Positions 1-9,278 of a DNA stretch of 64,000 bases are shown here, in pieces. The number at the start of each line of letters is the position of its first letter. The first letter of the stretch is position 1. A program made the translations under genes and the position numbers. Origin of the DNA: Lentisphaeria bacterium (GTDB lineage: Bacteria; Verrucomicrobiota; Lentisphaeria; JABSQK01; JAWLHB01); assembly GCA_041690595.1 (NCBI GenBank), contig JAWLHB010000008.1, positions 124,001-188,000 of the forward strand, read 5' to 3'. Under the pieces are notes generated by a model that searched no databases, was not told where the DNA came from, and saw only the letters and a program-made list of their open reading frames with translations.

Positions 1-2120
1 ACCGCAAGGCGCTGCTCGGCGCGACGATACAGGCCATGCAACGCGGCTTCAGCCCGCACCGGACGCGCTGGTACTGCAAGCTCCATGAGGTCCTCGCACC
101 AACGCCCGATGAGCGGCTCGCCCTGAAGGACGATTACCTGCAGCTATGCAACACAGGAAGCGATCCGGTCGTCAGCCTGGCGGTTCAGGCGCTCACGACT
201 GTACGGAAGAACCACGAACTGAGTTCCGCGGACTTGCTCTATGCCCTACCCTTCGCGCTCGGCAGCAAGGTCAAGGGCAACGTCCGCGCGGCGCTCTCCC
301 TGCTGGATCGCTGCCTTCAGACTGGCGCGGAACAGCGTGAGGAGTTGCTGTCGATGATCTGTGGTGCCTTCTGTCACGATGCCGCCGACGTGCAGCAATC
401 CGCGCTCGCCCTACTCCGCCGCCACAATGCCTTCGACAGCCCTGTCGTTCTGGCGAGACTGGCGCAATACACCGACTTACTCGCGCCGGCCATTCAGGCG
501 GAATTGCCGCGGACTTTGGTGCCCGCAAGCCATGCGTCGGAACCCGACGTGGCAGCGCTTGTCGAGCGGGTGAGGGCCATTCCTGGCGACTGGCAGGAAC
601 GTCTCGACATCGCGCCATGCCTCGATGCACTGGCGTCGGGGACTCTTTGGACGAAACCACTCGACCTGCGCCGGATACCTCCGCGGGCGGATGAGGCGTA
701 CGCCGACTTTGCACCATTGCGCAACATGGACGACCTGCTGGACAGCTGCCAGCTCTACCTGCGGGATCCCCTCGACATCTTGCTCGCGGAGCGCATCTTC
801 GAGGCGCTTGGCCGTTTTGGACATGAGCAGAGCGAGACGTTTCGGCAGCATGCGGCGCCGCTCCTTCAGCAAGCCGAGCGGGCGCTGAGAAGCATCGAGG
901 ACGTTTCGCTCCTGCCCGAGTTCTGCGCGGTCGTCATCTCCTGGATCAGCGGCGAAGTGCCCAGCGTAGCCGATCCCATGGACACCCTGCACAAGCTTTG
1001 GGTGCAGCGATGCATGGAGATCGCCGAGCGCGTCGCCAGGCGGCAGCCGTTTGTGCTTGCCAGTACGCCGACCCACGGCCATCGATTGTCGCCTGCTCTC
1101 TTACGCAAGCGCCTGAGCCAGGGCACTTTTGCCGCCGCCGATCTCGCCTTTTCCCTGCTGCGGCTGGCGCCATACGATGCGTCTGTCATCAATCAGGTTC
1201 AGCAACAACCTGGCGCTGGCGAACAGCTCGATGCTATCGCACGGATTCTACGGCACCCAGGCATGGTATGGACGGCCAGCGTTTACTTGAAACGCGAGCA
1301 GGCCACCTACCCCGGCCGCACCGAACTTTGGGATTCCTGGACTGCCGCCGATACGGTCATTGAGGTGGTCCCGGAACTCGACGATCTGCGCACGAGCTTC
1401 CTCAGCAGTACCCCATGGCATCCAGAAACGCCCTTTTGCCTCTTCCACACATCCTTCCCTCTCCACCCGGAGATTCGCCACGTGGCTATTGGAAACTATG
1501 CTGCCGCCTGTCATGCAGCCGCGGATGCATTCTTCAGCCGCCGGCTTCGACCCGAGCACCTCGATCATCCCGATCTGCCGTTTGGCCCCAGTGGCTGGTT
1601 CATGTTGGCCACTTGCCTCTTCTGCGTCGATGATGTCATCCGCGACTTCGCCGGCGAACTGCTGAGCGATGCCATCGCTGACGGACGGCTTGGCGCCGAT
1701 GGCGTCGAGTGGATGCTCGCCACCTACTGCCGGAACGGGCTGGCGACCTGCAAGCGCATAACGCCTTCCATCGAGGCGGCCGCCGCCGCTGGCCCCCTGC
1801 AGGTAGCGGTGCTGCGGGATGGCATCCTTGGCGCGCTGCCACGCATCGAGAGCTGGCCTCGCGACAGCTTCGCCTTGCTCCAATGCCTGCACGATCTGCT
1901 TGTGCTGAGCGGTTCTACCGTCGACCGACAACCGGCACGCCATGTCCTTGCCGGCATCAAGGGAAGCAGCAAGGCCGCCAGACTGGCGATGGCAATTCTC
2001 GCGGTGGAAACGAGTCGCCATAAAGCGGTCTTCGAGCGCCAGGCTACCGCGGCGGCGCTATCGGGTCGCCTGCGGCGCTATGAAGAGTGGAGGAGCAGCG
2101 ATGGCGGCAGAGGCAATTGA
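1..2120 (+). CDS. DUF6493-like alpha-helical (HEAT-like) protein, 5'-partial
   Basis: The frame is open from base 3 (RKALLGATIQAMQRGF...). Leu/Ala-rich helical protein. Its C-terminal 'LLQCLHDLL...IKGSSKAARLA' and its position next to a SWIM gene match the DUF6493/SWIM pair as I recall it. Confidence 0.6.
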   Translation, partial: RKALLGATIQAMQRGFSPHRTRWYCKLHEVLAPTPDERLALKDDYLQLCNTGSDPVVSLAVQALTTVRKNHELSSADLLYALPFALGSKVKGNVRAALSLLDRCLQTGAEQREELLSMICGAFCHDAADVQQSALALLRRHNAFDSPVVLARLAQYTDLLAPAIQAELPRTLVPASHASEPDVAALVERVRAIPGDWQERLDIAPCLDALASGTLWTKPLDLRRIPPRADEAYADFAPLRNMDDLLDSCQLYLRDPLDILLAERIFEALGRFGHEQSETFRQHAAPLLQQAERALRSIEDVSLLPEFCAVVISWISGEVPSVADPMDTLHKLWVQRCMEIAERVARRQPFVLASTPTHGHRLSPALLRKRLSQGTFAAADLAFSLLRLAPYDASVINQVQQQPGAGEQLDAIARILRHPGMVWTASVYLKREQATYPGRTELWDSWTAADTVIEVVPELDDLRTSFLSSTPWHPETPFCLFHTSFPLHPEIRHVAIGNYAAACHAAADAFFSRRLRPEHLDHPDLPFGPSGWFMLATCLFCVDDVIRDFAGELLSDAIADGRLGADGVEWMLATYCRNGLATCKRITPSIEAAAAAGPLQVAVLRDGILGALPRIESWPRDSFALLQCLHDLLVLSGSTVDRQPARHVLAGIKGSSKAARLAMAILAVETSRHKAVFERQATAAALSGRLRRYEEWRSSDGGRGN

Positions 2121-3471
2121 TTATGCTTGGTGCTATCCCTTTGCCTCTCGCCTGCGGAAGCTCCCCCAAGGCCAGAGCCTGGAGCTTGCCACTGGTTCCG
2201 ATGTCCTGGACTTCCCGTACTTCCTTCATGGGCGCTTGTTGACGCCGCACCTTACCGCCCAGCAGCTCCTCCTGGTTTCCCGCGTCGCCGGGGCTCGCTT
2301 CTACATGCCGCCCTCGATGTTGCCTGCCGGCGCGCTCCTGGCCGATCCGGTTGTCACCAGCGGCGCTGGAAAACTCCGCTTCGAGGCCTTTTCTCAATGC
2401 TGCGGCGTGTATTGTCGCCTCGACTTGCTGTCCACCGCCATCGACGGCACGTTCATGCGACGCGGGACTACCAACGTCGATTTCAATCGTCCGATGTGCG
2501 ACGCGCTTGCGGGCATTCGCCCCACGGATCGCGTGTTGCTTTCGGTTGGTCGCGACAGAGTCGAGCTTGAGACGGATGATCAGCGCCTGCTGGAGCGTCA
2601 GGTCGACCTTCCCAGGCGTTGGTACAAAGGCTTTGTCGAAGTCCAGAGCTACGCCGCCGCCATGCAGCCGGTGTTCGAAGTGTCGGGGCCGATTGCCTGC
2701 CGCTTCCTGCAGGGGCTGGCACAGCAGGTACCGGCGAAAAGCGAGGGGCACCTGGTCTTGCGGCAAAACGGCCTGAACGTCAGCCGCCGACCGTTGCCCA
2801 ACAGCATCCCGTGCGGCGGAATCGAACGCCTGCGGCCGCTTCATGCCATTTCACATCATGCATTGGGCATGCGATTCTACACCTGCACCCGCGAGTCGGT
2901 GCTTGGCTGCGAGATGCTCTTCCCGGAGTCCCGGCTGCTGGTGATCGCCAGCCCCCATGCTTGCCGCGGATTCTCCGGCGAGGGACAGGCAATCAGCCAC
3001 CTCTTGCGGGAGTTGGATGAAAAGACGCTGGAGGAGCTTCGCCGGCACCTCGAAGAGGCCGAGCAGCTCTCATTCGAGGCACTGGCCGCGGAAACCAAGC
3101 GGCCGAAAGTCGACCTCCTGACTGCTGTTGCCACGCTCGGTTCGCGGGGGCTCATCGGCTACGACCTGCACGATAGTGCCTGGTTCTATCGACAACTGCC
3201 CTTCCGTCCTGAGCAGGTCGACAGCATGCATCCTCGTCTGGAAGCTGCTCGGGCGCTTGTTGATCAGGGGCTGGTTGAGGTCCTGTCTCGTTCCAGAGGA
3301 AGCCTTACGGAAGCCTACGTTCAGGGATCGGGCGTGAAGCATCGTGTGCGAGAGCTGCCAGACGGGTATCGCTGCACCTGCGCGTGGTTCACCCGTCACC
3401 AAGGTAAGCGGGGTCCCTGTAAGCACATCCTGGCCGTGCGCCTTCAAGATCAGGACGCTTGCCGGCAATGA
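2101..3471 (+). CDS. SWIM zinc-finger family protein
   Basis: ATG at 2101 follows GGAGGAG and overlaps the upstream stop by 20 nt. C-terminal SWIM motif CTC-x12-CKH; N-terminal 'DPVVT...LRFEAFSQCCGVYCRLD...GTTNVDFN'. Confidence 0.85.
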   Translation: MAAEAIDYAWCYPFASRLRKLPQGQSLELATGSDVLDFPYFLHGRLLTPHLTAQQLLLVSRVAGARFYMPPSMLPAGALLADPVVTSGAGKLRFEAFSQCCGVYCRLDLLSTAIDGTFMRRGTTNVDFNRPMCDALAGIRPTDRVLLSVGRDRVELETDDQRLLERQVDLPRRWYKGFVEVQSYAAAMQPVFEVSGPIACRFLQGLAQQVPAKSEGHLVLRQNGLNVSRRPLPNSIPCGGIERLRPLHAISHHALGMRFYTCTRESVLGCEMLFPESRLLVIASPHACRGFSGEGQAISHLLRELDEKTLEELRRHLEEAEQLSFEALAAETKRPKVDLLTAVATLGSRGLIGYDLHDSAWFYRQLPFRPEQVDSMHPRLEAARALVDQGLVEVLSRSRGSLTEAYVQGSGVKHRVRELPDGYRCTCAWFTRHQGKRGPCKHILAVRLQDQDACRQ

Positions 3472-3531
3472 CGTCGGTTACCGAGCGTCAGCTCTGGGAC
3501 GGGGCATTAGCGACGTGCGGTTATTGGCCGT

Positions 3532-3784
3532 TTTCATTTCATTCGTCTTTCATCAGTGGGTGCAGAATCATCCATAATATTCCAAAAAGGATCGGGAAGA
3601 TGAGCATGTTCCAGTCTGCGTTGGTGATCGCGAGAACCACATAGATGCTCATCCAACCTATCGCGCCGATCAGGCAGAGAATCCGAAGGACAGGCTGCTC
3701 CAAGTTGTAGAAGCCAAGGAGCAGCAGGAGCGGCACCACGATCATTCTGCCACCTGTCATTTCCAGTCTCTTCGGTTCGTTCAT
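3532..3784. repeat. Direct repeat copy A (~253 bp), pairs with 7688-7940
   Basis: Manual alignment: 20 mismatches over the 246-nt ORF (~92% identity), no gaps, offset 4156 bp. Confidence 0.95.
3539..3784 (-). CDS. Small (81 aa) hydrophobic membrane protein, copy 1
   Basis: MNEPKRLEMTGGRMIVVPLLLLLGFY...LMKDE with about 3 hydrophobic segments. The paralogue at 7695-7940 has no indels and 10 synonymous codon changes, which supports coding. An internal start at MIVVP (after AGGTGG) is possible. Confidence 0.7.
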   Translation of the reverse strand: MNEPKRLEMTGGRMIVVPLLLLLGFYNLEQPVLRILCLIGAIGWMSIYVVLAITNADWNMLIFPILFGILWMILHPLMKDE

Positions 3785-3822
3785 CGTAACGGTCAGCGTC
3801 TGTCTGCACGCCTTTCCTGGCT

Positions 3823-5130
3823 TCATCGCACCAGCAGTCGCGCCGCTCGTGCGATCACAAGCTGGCATGGCAGGCAGTATGGCGCCAGTTCCCGCACCGG
3901 CGGCAACGAGACCTGCTCGTAAGCAGTAAAATGGCTGCCAGCCTGGCCGAATGCCGCGTGTCCGTACAGACTGAGAAGGAAGTCGTTCATCCGCCCCAGC
4001 CGCCAAAGTCCATACAGATACTCGGTCAGCGGCCAGTCATTCAGATGGTCCTCAAAGCGGGTCATCCCGCACAGCTGTCCTCCGCCGGATAGCCGGGCAT
4101 CAACCACTCGGTTCGCCAGTCTGGCCGGTAGCAGGCCACTGGAGAGCAGTTCCGGCCAATACCGGTAGTTGGTGTAGGAGGAGATCGTCCCGCCAGTCAG
4201 CGTGTCCGGGGTTGGGCATGGCTCCAGTTGCGGAGAGAGCCACCACGCCTCCGGCTCGCGCGGCCATGTCTGCTCGATCGCCTCAAGCGTCCGCTGGGCG
4301 AGGCCGCGCGCCAAGGACTGAATCCGATCGACCGGATGGCGGGAGGCCATCCCACTCGCCTCCACGAGTCCGGCCCAACGCGTGAGACCGCGGACGAGCC
4401 AGGCATTGTTATGGAAGTACCGGTTGTCTTCGTTGTGGACATTCTCCCCAAGGTTGTTGGGGTCGGCTCTTGAGATGTCCGCCTCTGGAATCCCTGAAAC
4501 GAGATCGTTCTTCGCCTCTGCCTGCGCACAGAGCTCCAGCACGTGGTCCGCGATTCGTGCGAGCGCATGCCGCCCCTCTTCCCACCATGCCGCTTGACCT
4601 GCTCGTTCGTAGACAAGCACTCCCGTGTGCAGAAGCTGGCCGTATTCGCTTACTGCCGGACCATAGTACCGAATCGCGCCATCCGGCCGGACGAAGTTGG
4701 CGAGCCAATACCCCCATAACTGGTGGGCTCGTTCGTGCAGCCCCCATGACGTGAGCGCATCCATAGTGGCAATGATGGTCGGCGGAAAGCCGTCATGACG
4801 ATCATCGGCATAGTGTTTCACCCCGTACTTGGGATGGTCGCCCTGGAAGGTGGCGTCGATGAAGGCCAACCCCATTCTTACGGAATGATCGAGATGCGCA
4901 TCTCCCGTGTCGACTTCAGGGTCGGTCCGCAACTGGCTTGCGCGCTGACTGATCGCCTCCGGGTCGAATGCTGGATCCCCCGTGGTTGGCGGAAAAAGGC
5001 TGCGAATGCTTTCCAAATTCGGCGGCGATCCCCGTCGGGCAAGATCGTCTCTCACTGGATCCGACAATCCCTCTGAGCATTCGACCACTGGCCATGCATG
5101 TGTCATTCTGGAGGCCTTTCTCTGCTTCAT
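3823..5130 (-). CDS. Hypothetical protein, probable six-hairpin (alpha/alpha)6 glycosidase-like
   Basis: 435-aa ORF rich in Trp/Tyr/Asp/Glu with helical motifs (YYGPAVSEYGQLL, GIPEAD, YFHNNAW, SYTNYRYWPELLSSG, FTAYEQ). Alternative start ATG 5106. The fold is an inference. Confidence 0.55.
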   Translation of the reverse strand: MKQRKASRMTHAWPVVECSEGLSDPVRDDLARRGSPPNLESIRSLFPPTTGDPAFDPEAISQRASQLRTDPEVDTGDAHLDHSVRMGLAFIDATFQGDHPKYGVKHYADDRHDGFPPTIIATMDALTSWGLHERAHQLWGYWLANFVRPDGAIRYYGPAVSEYGQLLHTGVLVYERAGQAAWWEEGRHALARIADHVLELCAQAEAKNDLVSGIPEADISRADPNNLGENVHNEDNRYFHNNAWLVRGLTRWAGLVEASGMASRHPVDRIQSLARGLAQRTLEAIEQTWPREPEAWWLSPQLEPCPTPDTLTGGTISSYTNYRYWPELLSSGLLPARLANRVVDARLSGGGQLCGMTRFEDHLNDWPLTEYLYGLWRLGRMNDFLLSLYGHAAFGQAGSHFTAYEQVSLPPVRELAPYCLPCQLVIARAARLLVR

Positions 5131-5192
5131 GAGAGTACCGACCGTGCGCGGTTACATTGAGAGCTGTGTGTATGACAACGTGCAAACGTTCT

Positions 5193-7598
5193 TTATTGCA
5201 GCGACACGGTCGACGGCCCATGAAGCGGCCGAAACCGCCATTGTCCGTCGTGCGTGATAGCTGGCGCTTGCGGATGATCCGCGAAGTTTTTGCGGCCGGT
5301 AAACTGATCGGGTGATGTCAGGTGGCGGTCGCCGTCGAGGTGGTGGTGAGGGCCGTAGTGATTGAAGGTGCTGGGGATCAGCGAGAGGAGAAGCGCATGC
5401 TCTCCAGCCTGCAGGTCTGTGGGTAGTTCAATGGACCAGTCTGGTCCCCAGGCCCAGCCAAGATCCGCACCGTCCAGTTCCACCCGCGCCGCATCGGCGG
5501 CGATGCCGTGCAGCAGGAGTCTTCGGCAGGCCGCGAGTCGGTCGGTGGTGAAGGTGCCTCGCATCCGCGTCGGATGGCGAGCGAACGGCCAGCCGGCGGT
5601 CACCCGTTCCGCTTCTGGAGAGCATTCGGTATCCGCGGTGACGATCCATGGACCGGCCGTACGCACCATGCCCGGAGATTGGTCGTGCCAATCGCTTTGG
5701 CTGGTGATCCGGAAGTCTCCCTGCAGCCAGACGAAGAGCGGACCGGCGTCCTCGGCCGGCAATTTGAAGCGGAGGGTGTGTTGCCCTTGGGAGAGGGATG
5801 GCAGCCTCGCGGTGCTGCCATCGTCCGCGGGAATAACGGAGAGGCTTCCCCCATCGAGCACCGCCTCGGTCACCCCATCCGCGAAGAAGAGTGAACAGCC
5901 GTCGACGCGGTCGACCAGTTCAAAGCCGCAGGACCATTCGCCGCCATCGTCCTGCCGCGGCTCCAGCAGCAGATGGTTCGGTGCAGGCTCCACCTCCAGC
6001 CACTTGATTGGATTGCGGCCGGATGCCGGTTCAGACTGACTGGCTTTCTCAGGACCAGGCAGATCGGCCCCGGACAGGACGTAGCCACCCGCCTCTCGGA
6101 ACGCCTGCAACAGGGTCTCGCCCGCGGCGTCGAGTCGACAACCATCTGCCAGCAGTATATGGGTGTAGGTGTGGGAGCCGAGCCGCAGCTTGGCGCCATC
6201 GAGTTGGCCATGCTGCTCCAGGCTGCGTTCGTCCGCGAAGTGGTGCGACGCCGGCAGCCGCTCCAGCAGGGAGAGGAAGCTGTCATTGAGCCGGCCAGCA
6301 GCGGTGTCGGGATAAGTGGCACAGTTGTGGATATTGCTTTGACGCAGGGACCAGGGTTCGTAACCGGCCATGATGCCGCGATAAGGTGCAATCACCAGCA
6401 GGTCGGCATGGGCGGCGGCCGAGGCGTCAGTCTGGCGGCGCACCCGCTGCAGTACCTCCGCATAGGCAGGACGCCAGTTGACGCCTCTGGGGTGCGAGGG
6501 TGGCCAGTCCCGGATAGCGTGCGACATGAGGCGGTATTGGTTGATGTGGATCACCAGGTCGGTGGAGCCGTGGTTGGAGAGCCAGAGGAGGAAGCGCTCG
6601 AGGTCACCCGGCGTGCAGCCCCAGCCCCCACCCCCGATCACCTCAGCCATGGCGCGGCCGTGGCCGAACTGCCAGGCGGCGGACGCCACTTGACGCGCGA
6701 AGTAGTCGCAGGAGGGGAAGCGTTCGAGAGGATCGATACCGGGGATGTCCATGTGCTGGAAGATCTGGTGACAGGAGCCATTCATCATGACCTGGAAGAG
6801 CGGATGTTCGTCGCCCTTCAGGTGACCGGTGAGCAATTTGCCTTCGCGGCGGCACCAGGCCAGGTAAGGGGCGAAGAATCCCGCGCATAGGGCGTCGGTC
6901 AGAAACTCCCAGAAACGGATGCGAAGGCGCTCGTGAGAACCGTCTTCGGAGCCGAGAAAGAGTGCGGGCAGATCGTCTCGGACGTCGCGTCCCATCTCTT
7001 GGCGATAATGTGCGTCCAGCCCATCACTCCACATGATGGCACCGTGAGCGGAAACACGGTCGATCTCAATACCGAGGCCGAACTCGGGTTCGTCGGTGAA
7101 AAAGGCCTCCACGTGTGCCCATGCCGCCGGTTCTAATTCCTTGCGATAGCGCTCGTGCACAAGCTCGAGAAAGCGGTCGCAGGCGGTGGGATTGAGGTAG
7201 TCGATGCAGTCGGTCGTCACCCGCTTCAGGTGCCAGTCGCGGCCTTGGTGCTGGAAGCTGTGCCAGGCGTCATCGGCTTTGCCGGGCCGGAGGACCAGGA
7301 TGGTGGCGGCGCAATCCGGGTGGCGGCGCAGCAGCTCACCGCCCACGGTGCCGCTGGGCCAGCCGTTTTCATCATAGATCCAGAACTGCAGGCCGATCTC
7401 TTTTGCCCGCAAGATAATCCGCGACACCATGCGAAGATAGTCCTCGCTCATGTAGGGGGGCTCGTCGGGATAGAATCGCGGGTGAAAGACGACGCCGTCG
7501 AACCCATCGTCCCGGAGGTCGTCGAGTTGGCGCAGCAGGCGAGCTTCGTCCATCGGGGCGTTGATTGCCCAAAGCGAATAGAAGCGTATTGGTGGCAT
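5193..7598 (-). CDS. Glycoside hydrolase, GH106 (alpha-L-rhamnosidase)-like TIM barrel with C-terminal beta-sandwich domains
   Basis: Motifs 'GFDGVVFHPR', 'YMSEDYL', 'FWIYDENGWPSG', 'FFTDEP', 'MDIPGID', 'AMAEVIGG'. GGAGG precedes the ATG. Confidence 0.75.
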   Translation of the reverse strand: MPPIRFYSLWAINAPMDEARLLRQLDDLRDDGFDGVVFHPRFYPDEPPYMSEDYLRMVSRIILRAKEIGLQFWIYDENGWPSGTVGGELLRRHPDCAATILVLRPGKADDAWHSFQHQGRDWHLKRVTTDCIDYLNPTACDRFLELVHERYRKELEPAAWAHVEAFFTDEPEFGLGIEIDRVSAHGAIMWSDGLDAHYRQEMGRDVRDDLPALFLGSEDGSHERLRIRFWEFLTDALCAGFFAPYLAWCRREGKLLTGHLKGDEHPLFQVMMNGSCHQIFQHMDIPGIDPLERFPSCDYFARQVASAAWQFGHGRAMAEVIGGGGWGCTPGDLERFLLWLSNHGSTDLVIHINQYRLMSHAIRDWPPSHPRGVNWRPAYAEVLQRVRRQTDASAAAHADLLVIAPYRGIMAGYEPWSLRQSNIHNCATYPDTAAGRLNDSFLSLLERLPASHHFADERSLEQHGQLDGAKLRLGSHTYTHILLADGCRLDAAGETLLQAFREAGGYVLSGADLPGPEKASQSEPASGRNPIKWLEVEPAPNHLLLEPRQDDGGEWSCGFELVDRVDGCSLFFADGVTEAVLDGGSLSVIPADDGSTARLPSLSQGQHTLRFKLPAEDAGPLFVWLQGDFRITSQSDWHDQSPGMVRTAGPWIVTADTECSPEAERVTAGWPFARHPTRMRGTFTTDRLAACRRLLLHGIAADAARVELDGADLGWAWGPDWSIELPTDLQAGEHALLLSLIPSTFNHYGPHHHLDGDRHLTSPDQFTGRKNFADHPQAPAITHDGQWRFRPLHGPSTVSLQ

Positions 7599-7687
7599 GA
7601 CAAGGTTACCTCCAGTGAGATTGTTTGAATTCGGTCACGGCGCTGCCGTCGCACCCCATGAACTCATCGGAAAAGGTTGTTCACGGC

Positions 7688-7940
7688 TTTCATTTCATTC
7701 GTCTTTCATCAGTGGATGCAAGATCATCCACATTATGCCGAAAATGCCTGGGAAGATGAGCATGTTCCAGTCGGCGTTGGTGATCGCGAGAACCACATAG
7801 ATGCTCATCCAGCCTGTCGCGCCAATCAGGCAGAGAATCCGAAGGACAGGCTGCTCCAGGTTGTAGAAGCCGATGAGCAGCAGGAGCGGCACCACGATCA
7901 TTCTGCCACCTGTCATTTCCGGTCCCTTCGGTTCGTTCAT
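7688..7940. repeat. Direct repeat copy B (~253 bp), pairs with 3532-3784
   Basis: Same alignment as copy A. Confidence 0.95.
7695..7940 (-). CDS. Small (81 aa) hydrophobic membrane protein, copy 2
   Basis: 74 of 81 aa identical to copy 1 (3539-3784). Confidence 0.7.
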   Translation of the reverse strand: MNEPKGPEMTGGRMIVVPLLLLIGFYNLEQPVLRILCLIGATGWMSIYVVLAITNADWNMLIFPGIFGIMWMILHPLMKDE

Positions 7941-8132
7941 TGCAACCGTGACGACGCTACTATGGCCTCTTGGCAAGTGTGCGGCAAGCGGTTGTTCGGT
8001 CATTTGGTCCCCGACCAAGGCTGCTGCTCCGTCCACGTTTGACCGGCGGCCGGGATCGTGGTGTTCCGCGGAGGGAAAAGGGGCGCAGGATAGCTACTTC
8101 GCGCAATTGGTCACTGCTACCTCGGAGAGGGG

Positions 8133-9278
8133 CTACAGAGGGAATGTGAGAATGGCGCGGGTGCCTTTGTTGGGCTCACTGAATATGTCGAGCGTGCCGC
8201 CGATCTGCTTCATGCGATGGCGAATGCTGCCAATGCCGAAACTTCGTCCGCCCGGCGGGGCGGTCGTGGCCATCTCCGGCACCCCTGTTCCGCGATCCTC
8301 GACCTCAATCCGCCACTGCTCATCGCAGCTGATCCTCACCCATGCCTTGGAGGTATGGGCGTGCTTCACGACATTGAAGAGCAATTCACGGACGGAATCG
8401 TAGACCAGCCGTCGCAGCGACATCGGTATGCGGTCGCAGTCGGGGGGCACGTTCAGCTCCACCGTTACCGTCATGCCGTACTGCTGCTGGAAGGTCTCGG
8501 ACAGCCGTTCGACGGCGGCGGGCAGGCCCTGGCTTTCGAGAACCATCGGGTGCAGTTCCTGCGCCACGTTGCGGGATATCCGGATGGCCTGATCGAGCAT
8601 GCCCTTTGCCTCTTCGGCCGCGGCGAGGTCGGGTGCAGCTTTGCCAAAGGCGACCGCCAGCTTCATTTTGGTGGCTACCAGGATCTGCTGGAAGTCGTCG
8701 TGCAGCAAGCTGGCGATGCGCTGCCGCTCGTGGTGCTCGGCATCGGTCAGGTCCAGCGTCAATTGACGCAGTTCGGCCTTCTGCTGCTCGATCTGTTCCT
8801 CGATCCGCTTCTGCGTCAAGGTACTGTAAGCATGGACGGCGTGACCGATGGCACCATTCATGATGGTGGCGATGACCATGGCCTGGCGGTAGGTCAGCCG
8901 CTCGCCGTGGACCTCTTCCAGATGCTCCAGGGCGACGCCGTGGAGAATCTCGTAATCGCGCACCAGATCAACGATGTTCCATCCGAGGTCGAAGCGCTGC
9001 TCGCCGTGCTCGCGGGCGAGTTGACTGGCCACCGCCAGCGCGTGATTGCTCTGCTTGCGGAGCCGTTGGCCAAGCGACTCCAGCATCTCGTGCAGCTCAT
9101 TCATGGCCTTTTCACGCTGATGCGGCTGGGCATGCATCTGCTCCTTGCCAGCGCGCTCGAACCAGCGCTCCATAATCTGCGTGGCATTCTTCTCCAGGAG
9201 TCGTCCGATAGCTCGGAATTCATCCTCGTAGGGGGAATGCCCCTCATCTGAAACTCCCGTTGGCGGCTTCCGCGACAT
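8133..9278 (-). CDS. Soluble sensor histidine kinase, HisKA_3 (NarX/UhpB type), with an RsbRD_N-like N-terminal domain
   Basis: H-box 'ERQRIASLLHDDFQQ', N-box 'ELLFNVVKHA', G1 'VEDRGTG', G2 'FGIGSI'. N-terminal 'AREHGEQRFDLGWNIVDLVRDY' resembles RsbRD_N. ATG 9278 follows GGAGAG. No TM segment. Confidence 0.85.
   Translation of the reverse strand: MSRKPPTGVSDEGHSPYEDEFRAIGRLLEKNATQIMERWFERAGKEQMHAQPHQREKAMNELHEMLESLGQRLRKQSNHALAVASQLAREHGEQRFDLGWNIVDLVRDYEILHGVALEHLEEVHGERLTYRQAMVIATIMNGAIGHAVHAYSTLTQKRIEEQIEQQKAELRQLTLDLTDAEHHERQRIASLLHDDFQQILVATKMKLAVAFGKAAPDLAAAEEAKGMLDQAIRISRNVAQELHPMVLESQGLPAAVERLSETFQQQYGMTVTVELNVPPDCDRIPMSLRRLVYDSVRELLFNVVKHAHTSKAWVRISCDEQWRIEVEDRGTGVPEMATTAPPGGRSFGIGSIRHRMKQIGGTLDIFSEPNKGTRAILTFPL

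Noticed and set aside
5131..5139. GGTACTCTC immediately before the ATG of both the 5130 and 12344 genes (minus strand)
   Set aside because: Only two instances, and too close to the ATG for a leaderless -10; may be coincidence.
3532..7940. Composite transposon or prophage att sites
   Set aside because: The repeats are coding, ~8% diverged, lack terminal inverted repeats, and no transposase or integrase is present.
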